64,000 nucleotides of DNA, from positions 7,136,001 to 7,200,000 of the forward strand of contig CBDCXR010000004.1 in NCBI GenBank assembly GCA_965223845.1. The letters are read 5' to 3'. Positions within the stretch are counted from its first letter, which is position 1, and every line of letters starts with the position of its first letter. The DNA comes from Planctomycetota bacterium. Its GTDB lineage: Bacteria; Planctomycetota; UBA8108; SXIK01. Below, in pieces: positions 28,759-38,810 of the stretch. The position numbers were made by a program, and so were the translations under genes. The notes under the pieces were generated by a model. The model worked only from the letters and a program-made list of their open reading frames with translations, was not told the origin of the DNA and did not search any database.

Positions 28759-31700
28759 TCAGTCGAAGAGCCCGAGGTCTTTGACGCAGGTCTGAAGGAG
28801 CAATGTTACCCGCGGCATGAGCGAGGATCCTGTCTCATGTTGCGGTTCGGCGGCCAAAAGGCGATGGAGAGCCTCCTGGGCGAGTTCGAGGTGGTCCCTC
28901 GCGCGCCGCCTCATTCGGCTCGCCTCCGGCATCCCGGGGAGAGTTCGCCTCATGTACTGGCCGCCCGCGCGAAAGTGCTTCAGCGCGAACGGAAACAGCT
29001 CCGCGAACGCGCCGGGGATCGGCTCGTCGACCCTCTCCTTGTCACCGTCGTTCGTCTCGGGCTGAGCTGGCGGCGCGGGGGCGTCGGCGGTCCGCACCGG
29101 CTCGGCCTTTCGCCCGGTCGCGAGCCGCCAGTCCTTGACGAGATCGTCCGCTCGTTCGGGAAAGTAGGTGTGAAGGAGGGAGAGGAACTCGTCCTTTGCG
29201 CTCGCCTGCGAGAGAAACTTCGTCACCTTCTCCTCGAACTGGTTCGTCTTCGCAAAGAGCGCGAGAAAGAAGAGGGTCGTCGGTGCTGCGCGCGCGCCGG
29301 CTTCGGCGACTTCGAGGAGCTTCTTCTCCATGCGAACTTCGTTCTCCCGCCGCCAGCGGCTCTGGGGGAGAGCCTGCTCGCGATCGACGAGGCGGAGCGG
29401 AACCACGAGCGTTCCACCGTAGCTCGGGCGGAGCGTGAGTGCGTCCTCACTTCGCTCGAGCACGCGAAAGATGCGGGTCGTCGTCTTGCCGCGCGAGGAC
29501 TTGAGGCGAATGCGGGCGAGGTCGTCGGCACCGACGAGCTGACTGACGGGCGTGCCCTTCGTGAGCGCGTAGAAGAGTCGCGCGCGGTGGAACGACCGCT
29601 TCGCGTCCGCCTTCGCGTCGTCTTTCGAGAGGGACCAGAGCTTACTGTAGCACCGCCCGGCGAGACGAAAGTCCGCCTTCAACTCCGCCCGGCGGGCGAG
29701 CGCGCGGATCTTCGCGGGGTCCGTCGGGATCGCGGTGGGCTCGGGTTTCGTTCGCTTCGCGACGCTCGAGCTAGCGTTGCGCGCGCTCGAGGGAACGCTT
29801 CCCATCGTCACGGTTCCGCCGACTGCGGCTCGAAGTTCCGCCACGACGGCCGCGACGGATCGGCCGCCGACGCGGTCCGGGTCGGTCGCAAATCGCGCCG
29901 TGCCGCGGTCGAAACGCCACTTCGCGCCGACGTGCTTGGCGAGCTCGTCGAGGAAAACGCCGATCGCAGCTGCTTCCGCGCTGCACGTCACGCGGCGGTC
30001 CGCGGGGAGATCGCCGAAATCCATCTCCACACCAAAGAGCTGCGCCACTCGGCCGACATTCCGGAGCTCGACGTCTTCAAACGCCATCGAGAGCTTTTCC
30101 GAGAGCGCGTCGTAGGTCTTCAGCTCGCTCTCGCGGAGCCCCGCGTGGACATCCCAGATCTCGAACCAGTTGCGCGGGTAGCCCAGCCGGTCGCGAAGGA
30201 ATCGTCCGACAACCGTCACCTGACGACCGGGCTCGATGCTCGCGAGACGCCGTGCCGTGTCGAACGGGTACTTGCGCGAGCGGAGGTCGACGCGTGACTT
30301 CCAAGGCCCCTTTTCGAGGCGCTCGAAGTGCGTCTTCGCATCCGCCTTCCACGCGAAGAACCGAACTCCGTGCGGGATTCTGCCATCGATGCGGACAACG
30401 GTTCGGATTGCGTTTGTGCCGTCGCCGCCGTTCGAGCTCGATGCGCCGCGCCCGGTCCGCCGACCGCCGGACGCCGCCGGAGCGGTCGAAGCACTTCCAC
30501 GAAAGATCCCCCTCACGGTGTGCCAGCCGCTCGAGTAGTCGTCGGGAAACGCGACGAGCACCTCCGGCGCGATCGCTTCGGAACCACGCTCCGAGGCACT
30601 CGGAATGTTCGCCGTGTCGAGCTTCCCGCGGGCCTGACGAAATACGTCGAAGGACTGGACGTAGCGCGCGAAGTCGGTGGAGTACGCGAGAAGAAAGTTT
30701 GCCCGCACCCGCGGATCGGTGTCCGCACCGAGCCAGACCCGGCCGGCCGCGGTGACCTCATCGTCCGACGGTGGAACCGACGAGAACGCCGAGCGGATTC
30801 GCGCCCCGAGCGAGTAGTTCGCGGGAACTCCACGAAAGAAATTGAGCGTGGCGCTCTCCTCGACGCGCAGGACGATACTCTCGACCTCGGCGAGCGCCGA
30901 CTTGAACGGTCGCTTGAGGACCTTGAGACTGCGCGCGCGGTTGATCACCTTGACGAGCGCATCCCGCTCCTTCTTCGTCAGCCGCTTGTTGTCGGGACGC
31001 GACTGCATGCCGACGCAGTCGGGACAGAAATTGTGCTTTGCGCCACCGCACACTCGACAGCGGATCGTCTTGTAGATCTTGCCGCGCCGTCGCGACACTC
31101 TGACGAGTACGCGCTCTGTCCCCTTGCCGCCACAGCGCGTGCACCTCACGAACCCGCCGCCCGACGAACAGCGTCCGCACCGGTGGATGCTTCTTTGGAC
31201 CGGATCGATTTCCGCCTCGAAGAATCGCTCGTCGATCCGCTCGGTCGTGCGCGCGAGGCGGTGGAGCAGTTGATGGCGCGGGACGAAGGCGGCGCTGCCA
31301 CCCTTCTTCGGGAAGAGCGCGTAGGCCTCGGCGTACTTCTTGCGCGCCTTTTCGTAGGCGCGACTCTTGTAGAGCTCGTCCCCCTCGAGCGCGAGTGCGC
31401 GCTGCTTGTTCGAAGCCGCGCTCGCCGCCTCGTCGAGGATGCGCCGCGCCTCGGGGTGGTTGAACTTCCCGACGAGGATCCTCAGTCGACGCGAGGCGCT
31501 CTCGAAATCCTCGCGCTCGAGATCGATGCTCGCGAGATGAAAGACGGCGTTCGGGTACGCGGGGCTCGACTCGTTCTCTTCGATCCGTCGAAAGCACTGC
31601 TCGGCCCACGCGGCTCGATCGCGGTCGAGCGCCCAGACGCCGATGGCGAGAAGCGCTTCGTGGTCATTCGCCTCGACCGCCGCTAACTTCGCCTGAAACG

Positions 31701-31779
31701 TCTTGAGGTCGCTTCCGAAGCTTGCGGGTGCCGCGAAGAGAGTTACCGCAACGAGAGGAAGCGCGACGGCGATCTTCAC
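28759..31779 (-). CDS. Large exported hypothetical protein with TPR-like helices, DnaJ-type CxxC zinc finger and STN-like segment
   Basis: 1006-aa ORF with signal peptide; four CxxC motifs (CGRC, CTRCGGKG, CRVCGG, CPDCVG); GGGAGG RBS. Confidence 0.8.
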   Translation of the reverse strand: MKIAVALPLVAVTLFAAPASFGSDLKTFQAKLAAVEANDHEALLAIGVWALDRDRAAWAEQCFRRIEENESSPAYPNAVFHLASIDLEREDFESASRRLRILVGKFNHPEARRILDEAASAASNKQRALALEGDELYKSRAYEKARKKYAEAYALFPKKGGSAAFVPRHQLLHRLARTTERIDERFFEAEIDPVQRSIHRCGRCSSGGGFVRCTRCGGKGTERVLVRVSRRRGKIYKTIRCRVCGGAKHNFCPDCVGMQSRPDNKRLTKKERDALVKVINRARSLKVLKRPFKSALAEVESIVLRVEESATLNFFRGVPANYSLGARIRSAFSSVPPSDDEVTAAGRVWLGADTDPRVRANFLLAYSTDFARYVQSFDVFRQARGKLDTANIPSASERGSEAIAPEVLVAFPDDYSSGWHTVRGIFRGSASTAPAASGGRRTGRGASSSNGGDGTNAIRTVVRIDGRIPHGVRFFAWKADAKTHFERLEKGPWKSRVDLRSRKYPFDTARRLASIEPGRQVTVVGRFLRDRLGYPRNWFEIWDVHAGLRESELKTYDALSEKLSMAFEDVELRNVGRVAQLFGVEMDFGDLPADRRVTCSAEAAAIGVFLDELAKHVGAKWRFDRGTARFATDPDRVGGRSVAAVVAELRAAVGGTVTMGSVPSSARNASSSVAKRTKPEPTAIPTDPAKIRALARRAELKADFRLAGRCYSKLWSLSKDDAKADAKRSFHRARLFYALTKGTPVSQLVGADDLARIRLKSSRGKTTTRIFRVLERSEDALTLRPSYGGTLVVPLRLVDREQALPQSRWRRENEVRMEKKLLEVAEAGARAAPTTLFFLALFAKTNQFEEKVTKFLSQASAKDEFLSLLHTYFPERADDLVKDWRLATGRKAEPVRTADAPAPPAQPETNDGDKERVDEPIPGAFAELFPFALKHFRAGGQYMRRTLPGMPEASRMRRRARDHLELAQEALHRLLAAEPQHETGSSLMPRVTLLLQTCVKDLGLFD

Positions 31780-31963
31780 GTTGGTGAGCCCTCCCGGCGA
31801 TTGCGAGCTTGATTCCGCGGAGCGACGGAGCGCTGGGCGGAGGCTCCCGATCGGGTCCGAGTCCGCCGACGCCTCCGAAAGAGAGCGATGGTACGGGAGC
31901 CGCGAGGGACAGTCAAACGACCGCCCCGCGGGGGACGCGGCCGCTTTGGGATCGTTCGGGGGA

Positions 31964-33139
31964 CTACCGTCCGCCGCGCCGCCCGAGCAACTCGCGCGCG
32001 ATCACCATACGGTGCACTTCGGAAGGCCCGTCGTAGATGCGAAAGGCTCTCGCTTCCTGCGAAAACTGGGCGAGCGGAAGGTCGGTGCTCATGCCCGCGG
32101 CGCCGCAGACCTGAATCGCACGATCGATGACGCGACCGACCGTCTCGGCGACGAACACCTTGCACTGCGAGGTTTCGACGCGCGCCTTTTCACCGCGGGC
32201 GACGCGCCACGCGGCCGCTCGCGTGAGGAGTCTCGCGGCTTCGATCTCGGTCGCGCTGTCCGCGAGCATCCAGGCGATGGCTTGATGCTCGCCGAGTGTC
32301 TTCCCGAATGCTTCTCGGACTTGCGCTCGTTCGATCGCGATGTCGAGTGAGCGCGCGGCGACGCCGAGCCAGCGCATGCAGTGGGTGAGACGTGCTGGAC
32401 CGAGCCGCTTCTGCATGAGGCGATAGCCCTGGCCGACTTCGCCGAGGATTTGACTCGTGTGGACGCGACAAGCCGCGAGCTTCACTTCGCAGTGACCGCC
32501 GGGGGTCGCGTCGCCGAGGGTGGGAACTTCGCGGACGATCTCGTAGCCGGGAGTGTTCGCATCGACGAGAAACAGCGTCATCGCTTCGCGCGGCCGAGCT
32601 TCCGCATCGGTGACGCAAGCTACGATGGCGAAGGCCGCGCCAGCGGCGCCGGTGGAAAACCATTTGTGCGCATCGATGACCCAGTCGTCGCCGTCCTTCA
32701 CCGCGCGCGATCGCATCATCGTCGGGTCGGAGCCCGCTCCCGGAGGCGGCTCCGTCATCGCGAACGCCGAGCGCATCTCGCCGCGGGCGAGAGGAAACAA
32801 GTACGCTTCGCGCTGCGCTTCCGTCGCCGCGATATCGAGAAGGTGAGCATTTCCTTCGTCCGGTGCGCTGCAGCCGAGGGCGAGGGGGCCGAGGAGGCTC
32901 CGTCCCGCAGCTTCGAGCACCGGCGCCGCCTCGAGAAGAGTGAGCCCGCGTCCACCGAGACTTGCCGGTAGCTGCGGCGCCCACAGCCCCGCCTCGCGAG
33001 CCGCACGGCGGACCGACTCGAGAGCGGCCGTCGGCGGCGTCCCGGGAAGATGCTCTTCGAGCGGGAGGACCTGCGATTCGATGAACTCTCGCGTTTTCTC
33101 GGCGAGCGCCTCGGCTTCCGGGCTGATGCTGAGATCCAT
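31964..33139 (-). CDS. Acyl-CoA dehydrogenase, ACAD10/11 / LvaC-like
   Basis: GCSAPDEGN, FAMTEP-GAGSDP, HKWF-TGA, RLGPARLTHCMRWLG, RAFRIYDGPSEVH. Start at ATG 33139. Confidence 0.92.
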   Translation of the reverse strand: MDLSISPEAEALAEKTREFIESQVLPLEEHLPGTPPTAALESVRRAAREAGLWAPQLPASLGGRGLTLLEAAPVLEAAGRSLLGPLALGCSAPDEGNAHLLDIAATEAQREAYLFPLARGEMRSAFAMTEPPPGAGSDPTMMRSRAVKDGDDWVIDAHKWFSTGAAGAAFAIVACVTDAEARPREAMTLFLVDANTPGYEIVREVPTLGDATPGGHCEVKLAACRVHTSQILGEVGQGYRLMQKRLGPARLTHCMRWLGVAARSLDIAIERAQVREAFGKTLGEHQAIAWMLADSATEIEAARLLTRAAAWRVARGEKARVETSQCKVFVAETVGRVIDRAIQVCGAAGMSTDLPLAQFSQEARAFRIYDGPSEVHRMVIARELLGRRGGR

Positions 33140-33188
33140 TCGGAGCTTCTGTCCTGAGTGGTTCGTTCGACGGACTCGCTGCGTCCGC

Positions 33189-33956
33189 TCAGTCGCTCTC
33201 TTCGCGTCCGCCCGCCTGCACGCCCGCGGCGAGCGATTCGATCGCGCGGCGACTCTGGGTGAAGATTTGTTCCATGGTCGTGAGGCGAAGTCCGCGTTTC
33301 GTGCGTTCGTACTCGGTGTAGTTGAGAAGACGGACGAAGGCGTGTCCGTCCGCATCGACATCGATGATGTTGATGCAGCCCGCGTCCTGCTCGAGGCGGC
33401 CGAAGCATTCGAGCGGCGCGCCGAGAACGTGACTCAGAATCGCGCGATTGGTTCCCCCGTGCGCGACGAGGAGTAGGACGCGCCAGTCCGACCCGTCGAC
33501 GATGCGAGTGTAGGCCGGAATGACGCGCTCGCGAAACGCGCCGTACTCTTCGCCGCCGAGGAAGCGATCCGTAGGCCCAACCTTGCGTGCGAGCGACTCG
33601 ACGAAGAATTGTTCGATCCCCCCCGGCGTCGCGGCCAGCTCCGCGGCCCAGTCTTTGAGCGGTCCCGGGCGGATCTCGGCGAGATCGCTCTCGCGCTCGA
33701 GCTCGAGCGCGCTTCCGCCGACGATCGTTCGCGCGGTCGCGTCCGTTCGTTCGAGGCCGCTCGTCACGACGCGATCGATCGGTTCATCGGCGAGGACGTT
33801 CGCGAGCTCCGCCGCCTGTGCGCGGCCGCGAACGCTGAGCGGAAGCTGCTCCGTCGGCAACGGCCGACCGGCCTCGTCGAAATAGTTCACGTCGGCGTGA
33901 CGGATGAGGATGACGCGGCGGCGATCGCGCACGCGCTGTTCGATGAGCGATTCCAT
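33189..33956 (-). CDS. Histidine phosphatase (phosphoglycerate mutase) family protein
   Basis: LIRHA, SGLERT-TA, LAEI, GGE, VAHGGTNR. Confidence 0.9.
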   Translation of the reverse strand: MESLIEQRVRDRRRVILIRHADVNYFDEAGRPLPTEQLPLSVRGRAQAAELANVLADEPIDRVVTSGLERTDATARTIVGGSALELERESDLAEIRPGPLKDWAAELAATPGGIEQFFVESLARKVGPTDRFLGGEEYGAFRERVIPAYTRIVDGSDWRVLLLVAHGGTNRAILSHVLGAPLECFGRLEQDAGCINIIDVDADGHAFVRLLNYTEYERTKRGLRLTTMEQIFTQSRRAIESLAAGVQAGGREESD

Positions 33957-34173
33957 GGTGCACCCATGCTAACTCCGGTTTCCCCGGATTCTACCGCGCG
34001 GCTGAGCTCGGGCCGTCAGCAGCGTCTTCCGGATCGACTCCGGACGCGGATGCGCCTTTCTTCGCAGGTCCGACTGGGGCATCGTTGGCTCCGCGGAGGC
34101 TCGCTCCTCGGGCGCGGCCGCGAGATTGTCAGCTCCATAGGGGTTCCTCGATGCACGAACGACGGGTGATTTC

Positions 34174-35208
34174 ATGAACGATCTCGAGCTCGCGTCCCGA
34201 CTCGCTCGCTTCCTCACGGAGGCGCAGGACGGAGCCGCGGTGAGCGTCAGTGGAGTGCGCGCTCTCGCCGGCGGTGCATCGCGCGCGGCGTACGCGTTCG
34301 ACGCGACGGGGTGGCGAGGCGGGTCGGGCGGCGATCCCCTTCGCGCAGTCCTTCGTCTCGATCTCGGCGGAGAGATTCACGCTTCGTCGCTCTCGCGCCG
34401 GGCCGAGTTCGACGTGCTGCGGGTCGCGCGTGAGCGCGGAGTTCCCGTCCCGCGTGTGATCGCCGTGTGCGACGACGCGTCCGTACTCGGCCGCGATTTC
34501 TTGATCATGGAGCGAGTCGAAGGCGAGACGATCGGCGCGAAGATCGTCCGCCGGCCGGACCTCGCGGCGGCCCGAGAAAATCTACCGGCGCAGATGGGAG
34601 CTGCGCTCGCGCGGATCCACGCGATCGATCCTGAGTCGCTCGAGATTCTTCCGCGCCCGGTGAACGGAGCCTCTACCGTGCGTTCGGTTCTCGCGCGCGC
34701 ACGATCGGAGCTGGGGCGCGCGGGCGGAGCGCACCCGCTCATCGAAGCAGCTTTTCTGTGGCTGGACGCCCACGCGCCGGCCGGAGTCGAGCCGACGGTC
34801 GTCCACGGGGACTTTCGCCTCGGGAACGTCGTCGTCGGCGCGGACGGACTCGAGTCCGTTCTCGACTGGGAGTTCACCTGCGTGGGCGATCCCTACGAAG
34901 ACCTCGCGTGGCCGTTCGTCCGCGACTGGCGCTTCGGTGTCGACACGCTCCGCTTTGCGGGAATCTCCGATGGCGAGGACTTTCTCCGCGCCTACGAGAG
35001 CGCGGTGAACACCGTAGTGGATCGCCGGCGGCTCCGGTACTGGGAGGCCATCGGCAACCTCCGCTGGGCGATCGGCTGCCTCACGCAGGTGCTCCGGTAC
35101 ACGAGCGGGGAAGAGCGAAGCGTCGAGCTCGCGAGCCTCGGAAGGCGCTCGGTCGAAATGCAGCTCGAGCTGGCGACGCTCATCGAGGAGCTCGATCGCG
35201 CGGGCTGA
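34174..35208 (+). CDS. APH-family phosphotransferase, LvaA / ACAD10-kinase-like
   Basis: LAGGASR, VPVP, MERVEG, VHGDFRLGN, LDWEF-GDP-EDLAW, VRDWRFG, ELASLGRR. Confidence 0.9.
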   Translation: MNDLELASRLARFLTEAQDGAAVSVSGVRALAGGASRAAYAFDATGWRGGSGGDPLRAVLRLDLGGEIHASSLSRRAEFDVLRVARERGVPVPRVIAVCDDASVLGRDFLIMERVEGETIGAKIVRRPDLAAARENLPAQMGAALARIHAIDPESLEILPRPVNGASTVRSVLARARSELGRAGGAHPLIEAAFLWLDAHAPAGVEPTVVHGDFRLGNVVVGADGLESVLDWEFTCVGDPYEDLAWPFVRDWRFGVDTLRFAGISDGEDFLRAYESAVNTVVDRRRLRYWEAIGNLRWAIGCLTQVLRYTSGEERSVELASLGRRSVEMQLELATLIEELDRAG

Positions 35209-35336
35209 CCTGCGTTTCTGACCCGATTCTACTGCGACACCTTAGGGTGAGAGCTGAGCATCGCTCACCTCGTTCGTCCTCGCCGCTCAGCTCACCGAAC
35301 CTGGTGAGGAATGCGGGCTCATCGGGTGCGCGTCGG

Positions 35337-36389
35337 CTAGCGTTCGGCCGGCACCTCGTACGCGCGTCCGCCGAGCACGGCGACGAGCATCGCGAGCTCC
35401 TCGCGAATCTTCGCTCCCTGTGCCATCGAGTCGAGCCGCCGGGCGCGCGTGACGCTGAGGAGTCGCCCGTCCGCGTCAAACTCCGCCATCGCTTCGAACG
35501 GCGAGCTTCGGAGCGCGGTGAGGAAGTTGTAGCGAACGTCTATGAGGTGCACGGCGTGACCGCCGCCTGGGCGCGGTTCGAGTTCAACGTGCACGAAACC
35601 CTGCGCGAACTCGGAGAAGAGCCGCCCCTCATCGGACGCGAGTGCTCGCTCGGCGAGGGGGTGAGACGCCTTTGCCAGTCGCCGGTACGCCGGAGGATGC
35701 GAAGCGAGCGTCGAGACGAAGCCGGCGACGAGATCGCCCGTCGCGTCGCGTGCGGTGAGGCGCCAGACGATGGTGTTGAACAGCGTCGGCGTGGCCCGAA
35801 GCTCCGCCACCTCGACCCCCGCTTCGGTCAGCGCCTCGTGACCGCGCTCGAGCGCGATGCGCGACTGCCAAAAGCCGAAGCCGGCGTAGAGTGAGCTCAC
35901 GGCGAGCGCGATCCACGCGGCACGGCGGATCGACGATTCGTGGGCTCGGCGACGGCGCGCGACGACGAACGCGACGAGGAGCGGAAGAGTGTACAGTGGG
36001 TCGATGACGGCGATCGCGTCGAGCGCGAAACGCCCGTCGGAGAGTGGCCAGAGGAGCTGAGTTCCGTACGAGGTTCCCCAATCGAGGAGCGGGTGGCTGA
36101 GGAGCGCAGCGAGTGCCGCCGCCGTCCACGCTCCGAGCGAGCCGGTCCGAGCGAACCGGTGGCCGAGCCAGCCGCATCCGAGCGCGATCGCCGGCAGGAT
36201 CAGGAGCGAGTGCGTCGCGCCGCGGTGGTAAGCGAGAAACGTCCAGTCACCCCAGAGCATGGTGACGATGTCGAGATCGGGCGCGGCTCCACACGCCGCG
36301 CCGTACCAGCCCGCATTTCGGCCCAACCGATCGCGAAAACCGGCTTCGACGATCGCGCCGCCGAGAACCGCTTGGCTCACCGGATCCAC
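35337..36389 (-). CDS. Membrane-bound metal-dependent hydrolase (YdjM/DUF457 family)
   Basis: MDPVSQAVLG start, APDLD, HRGATHS, SHPLLDWGTSYGTQLLWP, IDPLYT. Confidence 0.88.
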   Translation of the reverse strand: MDPVSQAVLGGAIVEAGFRDRLGRNAGWYGAACGAAPDLDIVTMLWGDWTFLAYHRGATHSLLILPAIALGCGWLGHRFARTGSLGAWTAAALAALLSHPLLDWGTSYGTQLLWPLSDGRFALDAIAVIDPLYTLPLLVAFVVARRRRAHESSIRRAAWIALAVSSLYAGFGFWQSRIALERGHEALTEAGVEVAELRATPTLFNTIVWRLTARDATGDLVAGFVSTLASHPPAYRRLAKASHPLAERALASDEGRLFSEFAQGFVHVELEPRPGGGHAVHLIDVRYNFLTALRSSPFEAMAEFDADGRLLSVTRARRLDSMAQGAKIREELAMLVAVLGGRAYEVPAER

Positions 36390-36673
36390 GGCTGCTCTCC
36401 ACGAGGAGCGGGATCGAATGCCCAGGTTTTGGGCAGATACGAGACGTGTGGGCGGGCGACGGACGCGCAACGGTCGCGAGCCCTCGCCGCGTTCGATCGC
36501 TGTTCCCGCCGCGCGAATCGGCTCGGTCCGTCCGTCGCAGCTCGAAACGGGCCCCGGAGTTGCCGCGATGATGGCACGCGCGGAGCGGCACTCCAGCAAG
36601 ATTCGCGCCGAGCGACCGACGTCGGCGAGCGCGGCTCCGTCGTCGTAGACTTACTCAAGGGGCGAAACTCCGG

Positions 36674-37366
36674 ATGCAGATTCCAGTGACGACGATCCCC
36701 GCTCCTCACCGTTCGACCATTGCCGTCTCGGCGTCTCGAGCTCGCGAGGAGTTTTTCAACAGCCTGACGCACGGCGTGGGATTCCTCCTTACGCTCTTCG
36801 GCGTCCCGGCCCTCATCGCCTGTGCCGCCGGGAATGGAGACGCGTGGACGCTCGTCGGCTGCTCCGTCTACGGCGGCGGGCTCACGGTCATGTATCTCGT
36901 GTCGACGATTTACCACGGTGTCGCCGCGCGACCGAGTCGTGACACCTGGCGGCGACTCGATCATATCTGCATCTTTCTCTTCATCGCCGCGACGTACACG
37001 CCGTTTGCGCTCGTCCACCTGCGCGGTCCTACGGGTTGGCTGATCCTGAGCGTCGTGTGGTCCATCGCACTCGTCGGCATCACCTGCAAGCTCGTCCTCG
37101 AGGTGAACTCGCACTGGGTGTCGACGGTCAGCTACGTGATCATGGGGTGGCTCTGCCTCCTCGTCGTCAAGCCGATGATCGAGTCGGTGCCGCTCGGTGC
37201 GGTGCTCTGGCTCTTTGCCGGAGGGGTGACGTACACGCTCGGAACGGTGTTCTACATCCGCGACCACCGCCCGTACTACCACGTGATTTGGCACTGTTTC
37301 GTGCTCGCCGGCAGCGCGTGTCACTACGTCGCGATCTATTCGTACGTCATTCCGCCGATCGCTTGA
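36674..37366 (+). CDS. Hemolysin III / PAQR family membrane protein (YqfA/TrhA-like)
   Basis: EEFFNSLTHG, STIYH, RRLDH..IF-IAATYTPF, YVIMGW, GG-TYT-G, HVIWH-FVLAG. Confidence 0.93.
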   Translation: MQIPVTTIPAPHRSTIAVSASRAREEFFNSLTHGVGFLLTLFGVPALIACAAGNGDAWTLVGCSVYGGGLTVMYLVSTIYHGVAARPSRDTWRRLDHICIFLFIAATYTPFALVHLRGPTGWLILSVVWSIALVGITCKLVLEVNSHWVSTVSYVIMGWLCLLVVKPMIESVPLGAVLWLFAGGVTYTLGTVFYIRDHRPYYHVIWHCFVLAGSACHYVAIYSYVIPPIA

Positions 37367-37384
37367 TCGACCGGAAGCCGGTGT

Positions 37385-37822
37385 TCAGTCGAACGATCCG
37401 CTCGCGATCGCCTCGCGAATCCGCTTTTTGAGTTCGTCGCGGACGAGCCGCGCGGTGCGCAGTTGCTCGTCTTCGTCATCGATCGCGGCGGGATCGGGAA
37501 GCGGCCACCGGAGTCGGGTCACCTCGCCGGGGAACACCGGGCAGTCGCGATCCGCGTTGCTGCAGACGCTCACGATGACGTGTGGGGTGACTTCCGACGG
37601 CGGGAGAAACTCGTCGATGCTCTTCGAGCGATGCGCCGAAAGATCGATGCCGAGCTCGGCCATCACCGTCGTTGCAACCGTATGGATCGTACCGGACGGA
37701 CGCGCACCGGCGGATTGGGCGACATAGCGGTCGCCACCCTCGTGTCGGAGGAGGGCCTCGCCCATGTGGCTGCGACAGGAGTTTCCGGTGCAGAGAAATA
37801 AGACTCGTCTTCGTGCATCCAT
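37385..37822 (-). CDS. arsC: Thioredoxin-coupled arsenate reductase / LMW-PTP family protein
   Basis: LFLCTGNSCRS P-loop, SAG, VC..A..CPVFPG, DP. Confidence 0.8.
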   Translation of the reverse strand: MDARRRVLFLCTGNSCRSHMGEALLRHEGGDRYVAQSAGARPSGTIHTVATTVMAELGIDLSAHRSKSIDEFLPPSEVTPHVIVSVCSNADRDCPVFPGEVTRLRWPLPDPAAIDDEDEQLRTARLVRDELKKRIREAIASGSFD

Positions 37823-37974
37823 GCTTCGCCTCGATGAGTTCGGTGCGTTTCCCGCGCGGGAGTGTACCCGATCGGTCGCGCGGGAGAACGTGGCGGATTC
37901 CTTCCGCCGCGCGCAATCCGAAGCCGCGGGCGTTCGCACCTCGCGACGTGTGGAGGCGTTGTTTGGCCTGCGGT

Positions 37975-38059
37975 TTTTCCTTATTTCTTGGCTTGACGAA
38001 GAGAATCGGAGCGTCTATCGTCGATTTCACTTGCGGGCGCAAAGGCGTCCGCTAAGAAT
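37975..38059 (+). promoter_or_regulatory. Tandem sigma70-like promoters with a T-rich upstream element
   Basis: TTGACG(37993)-N17-TATCGT(38016); second TTGCGG(38031)-N16/17-TAAGAAT(38053); TTTTTCCTTATTTCTT upstream in otherwise GC-rich DNA. Confidence 0.55.
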
Positions 38060-38061
38060 CC

Positions 38062-38810
38062 GCGACCGGAACGGAAACGCGGGTTCGCGCTCCGGCGGTT
38101 CAGAGGCCGCGTCGAAACGAACGCGGGGTCAACGCCGGAGGTCGGAGGGCGCTCGGTCGCACCTCCTTGCAGAAGCTCAGGGTTGAGGCTCGGACAATCG
38201 CGCTCGATTCGCGTGCGCGACGGGGCGCCGAGCGGTCAATCGTATGGCCGACGCCGTCGAGAGCGGTTACCGGCCCGCGAATTCGAGTTGGCTTGAACAA
38301 GTCTCGACGCTTTGTCGAAGAGAGAAGAGGCCGAGAGGCGGTCTCGTCGGTTAAAAGAGGCGGCTGCACAGCCCGCACCGCCTGACCGAAGCCGCGACGA
38401 GAGTTTGCCACTGCCGCTAAGACACAGCTTCCCGACGTCAGCGGAACACGAACAGTCGCGGCGCCCCGTCGTCGCGCACCGGTCCGCTGAAGCGGAGCGC
38501 CGAGACGACTTAGATACACGGGCGCTTACAGAACCAGCGGGGACTGCGACCTGAATCCGGCGCGGTGCCGGCTGTAGAACGGCCGGCGATCGATGTCCGA
38601 CCTTCGACGCGACGGCAAAGGATTGCAGTCTCGGATCGACCGAGCGGTCGGCTGAACTCGTGCATGCTCGCACCGCGTGCATGCTGGTGACGGTCACCTG
38701 ACTCTTGCGAGTCGCGGTGACGGTCTCGAGTTGGGAAACACTGACGTGGACGCTACCCTCGTGACCTGTCGTCGTGAGGTCCGATGCGTGAGGGATCGAT
38801 GTCCGACCGA
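38062..38810 (+). ncRNA. Candidate long structured non-coding RNA or 5' leader (unassigned)
   Basis: 18-bp long-range helix 38213-38230 with 38459-38479 (3-nt bulge); nested stems 38062-69/38153-60, 38090-97/38133-40, 38342-49/38395-402, 38358-63/38378-83, 38567-87; no convincing CDS. Confidence 0.4.
38588..38808 (+). repeat. 15-bp direct repeat GATCGATGTCCGACC (38588-38602 and 38794-38808)
   Basis: Exact match read directly. Confidence 0.8.

Noticed and set aside
37385-37822. Arsenic-resistance operon
   Set aside because: Only a lone arsC-like gene; no arsR, arsB/acr3 or arsM adjacent.
38329-38425. tmRNA, suggested by a pk1-like CCGAG...TCGG-TTAAAA and a frame reading EFATAA
   Set aside because: The AA codons are followed by AAG rather than a stop, and there is no tRNA-like GGGG...GAC 5' end or TTCGA...CCA 3' end.
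38400-38545. Cobalamin riboswitch (GCCACTG) or RNase P RNA (TAGAT...ACAGAACC)
   Set aside because: The other required motifs (AGGGAA/CCCGC-ACTGT/B12 box; GAGGAAAGTCC) are missing.
38312-38554. 80-aa ORF MSKREEAERR... inside the structured region
   Set aside because: TTG start without an RBS, atypical codon usage, no recognisable motif; cannot be fully excluded.
38213-38810. Group II intron, suggested by the GTGCG start of the long helix
   Set aside because: No domain V (AGC/CGC triad hairpin), no domain VI/AY end and no reverse transcriptase ORF visible.
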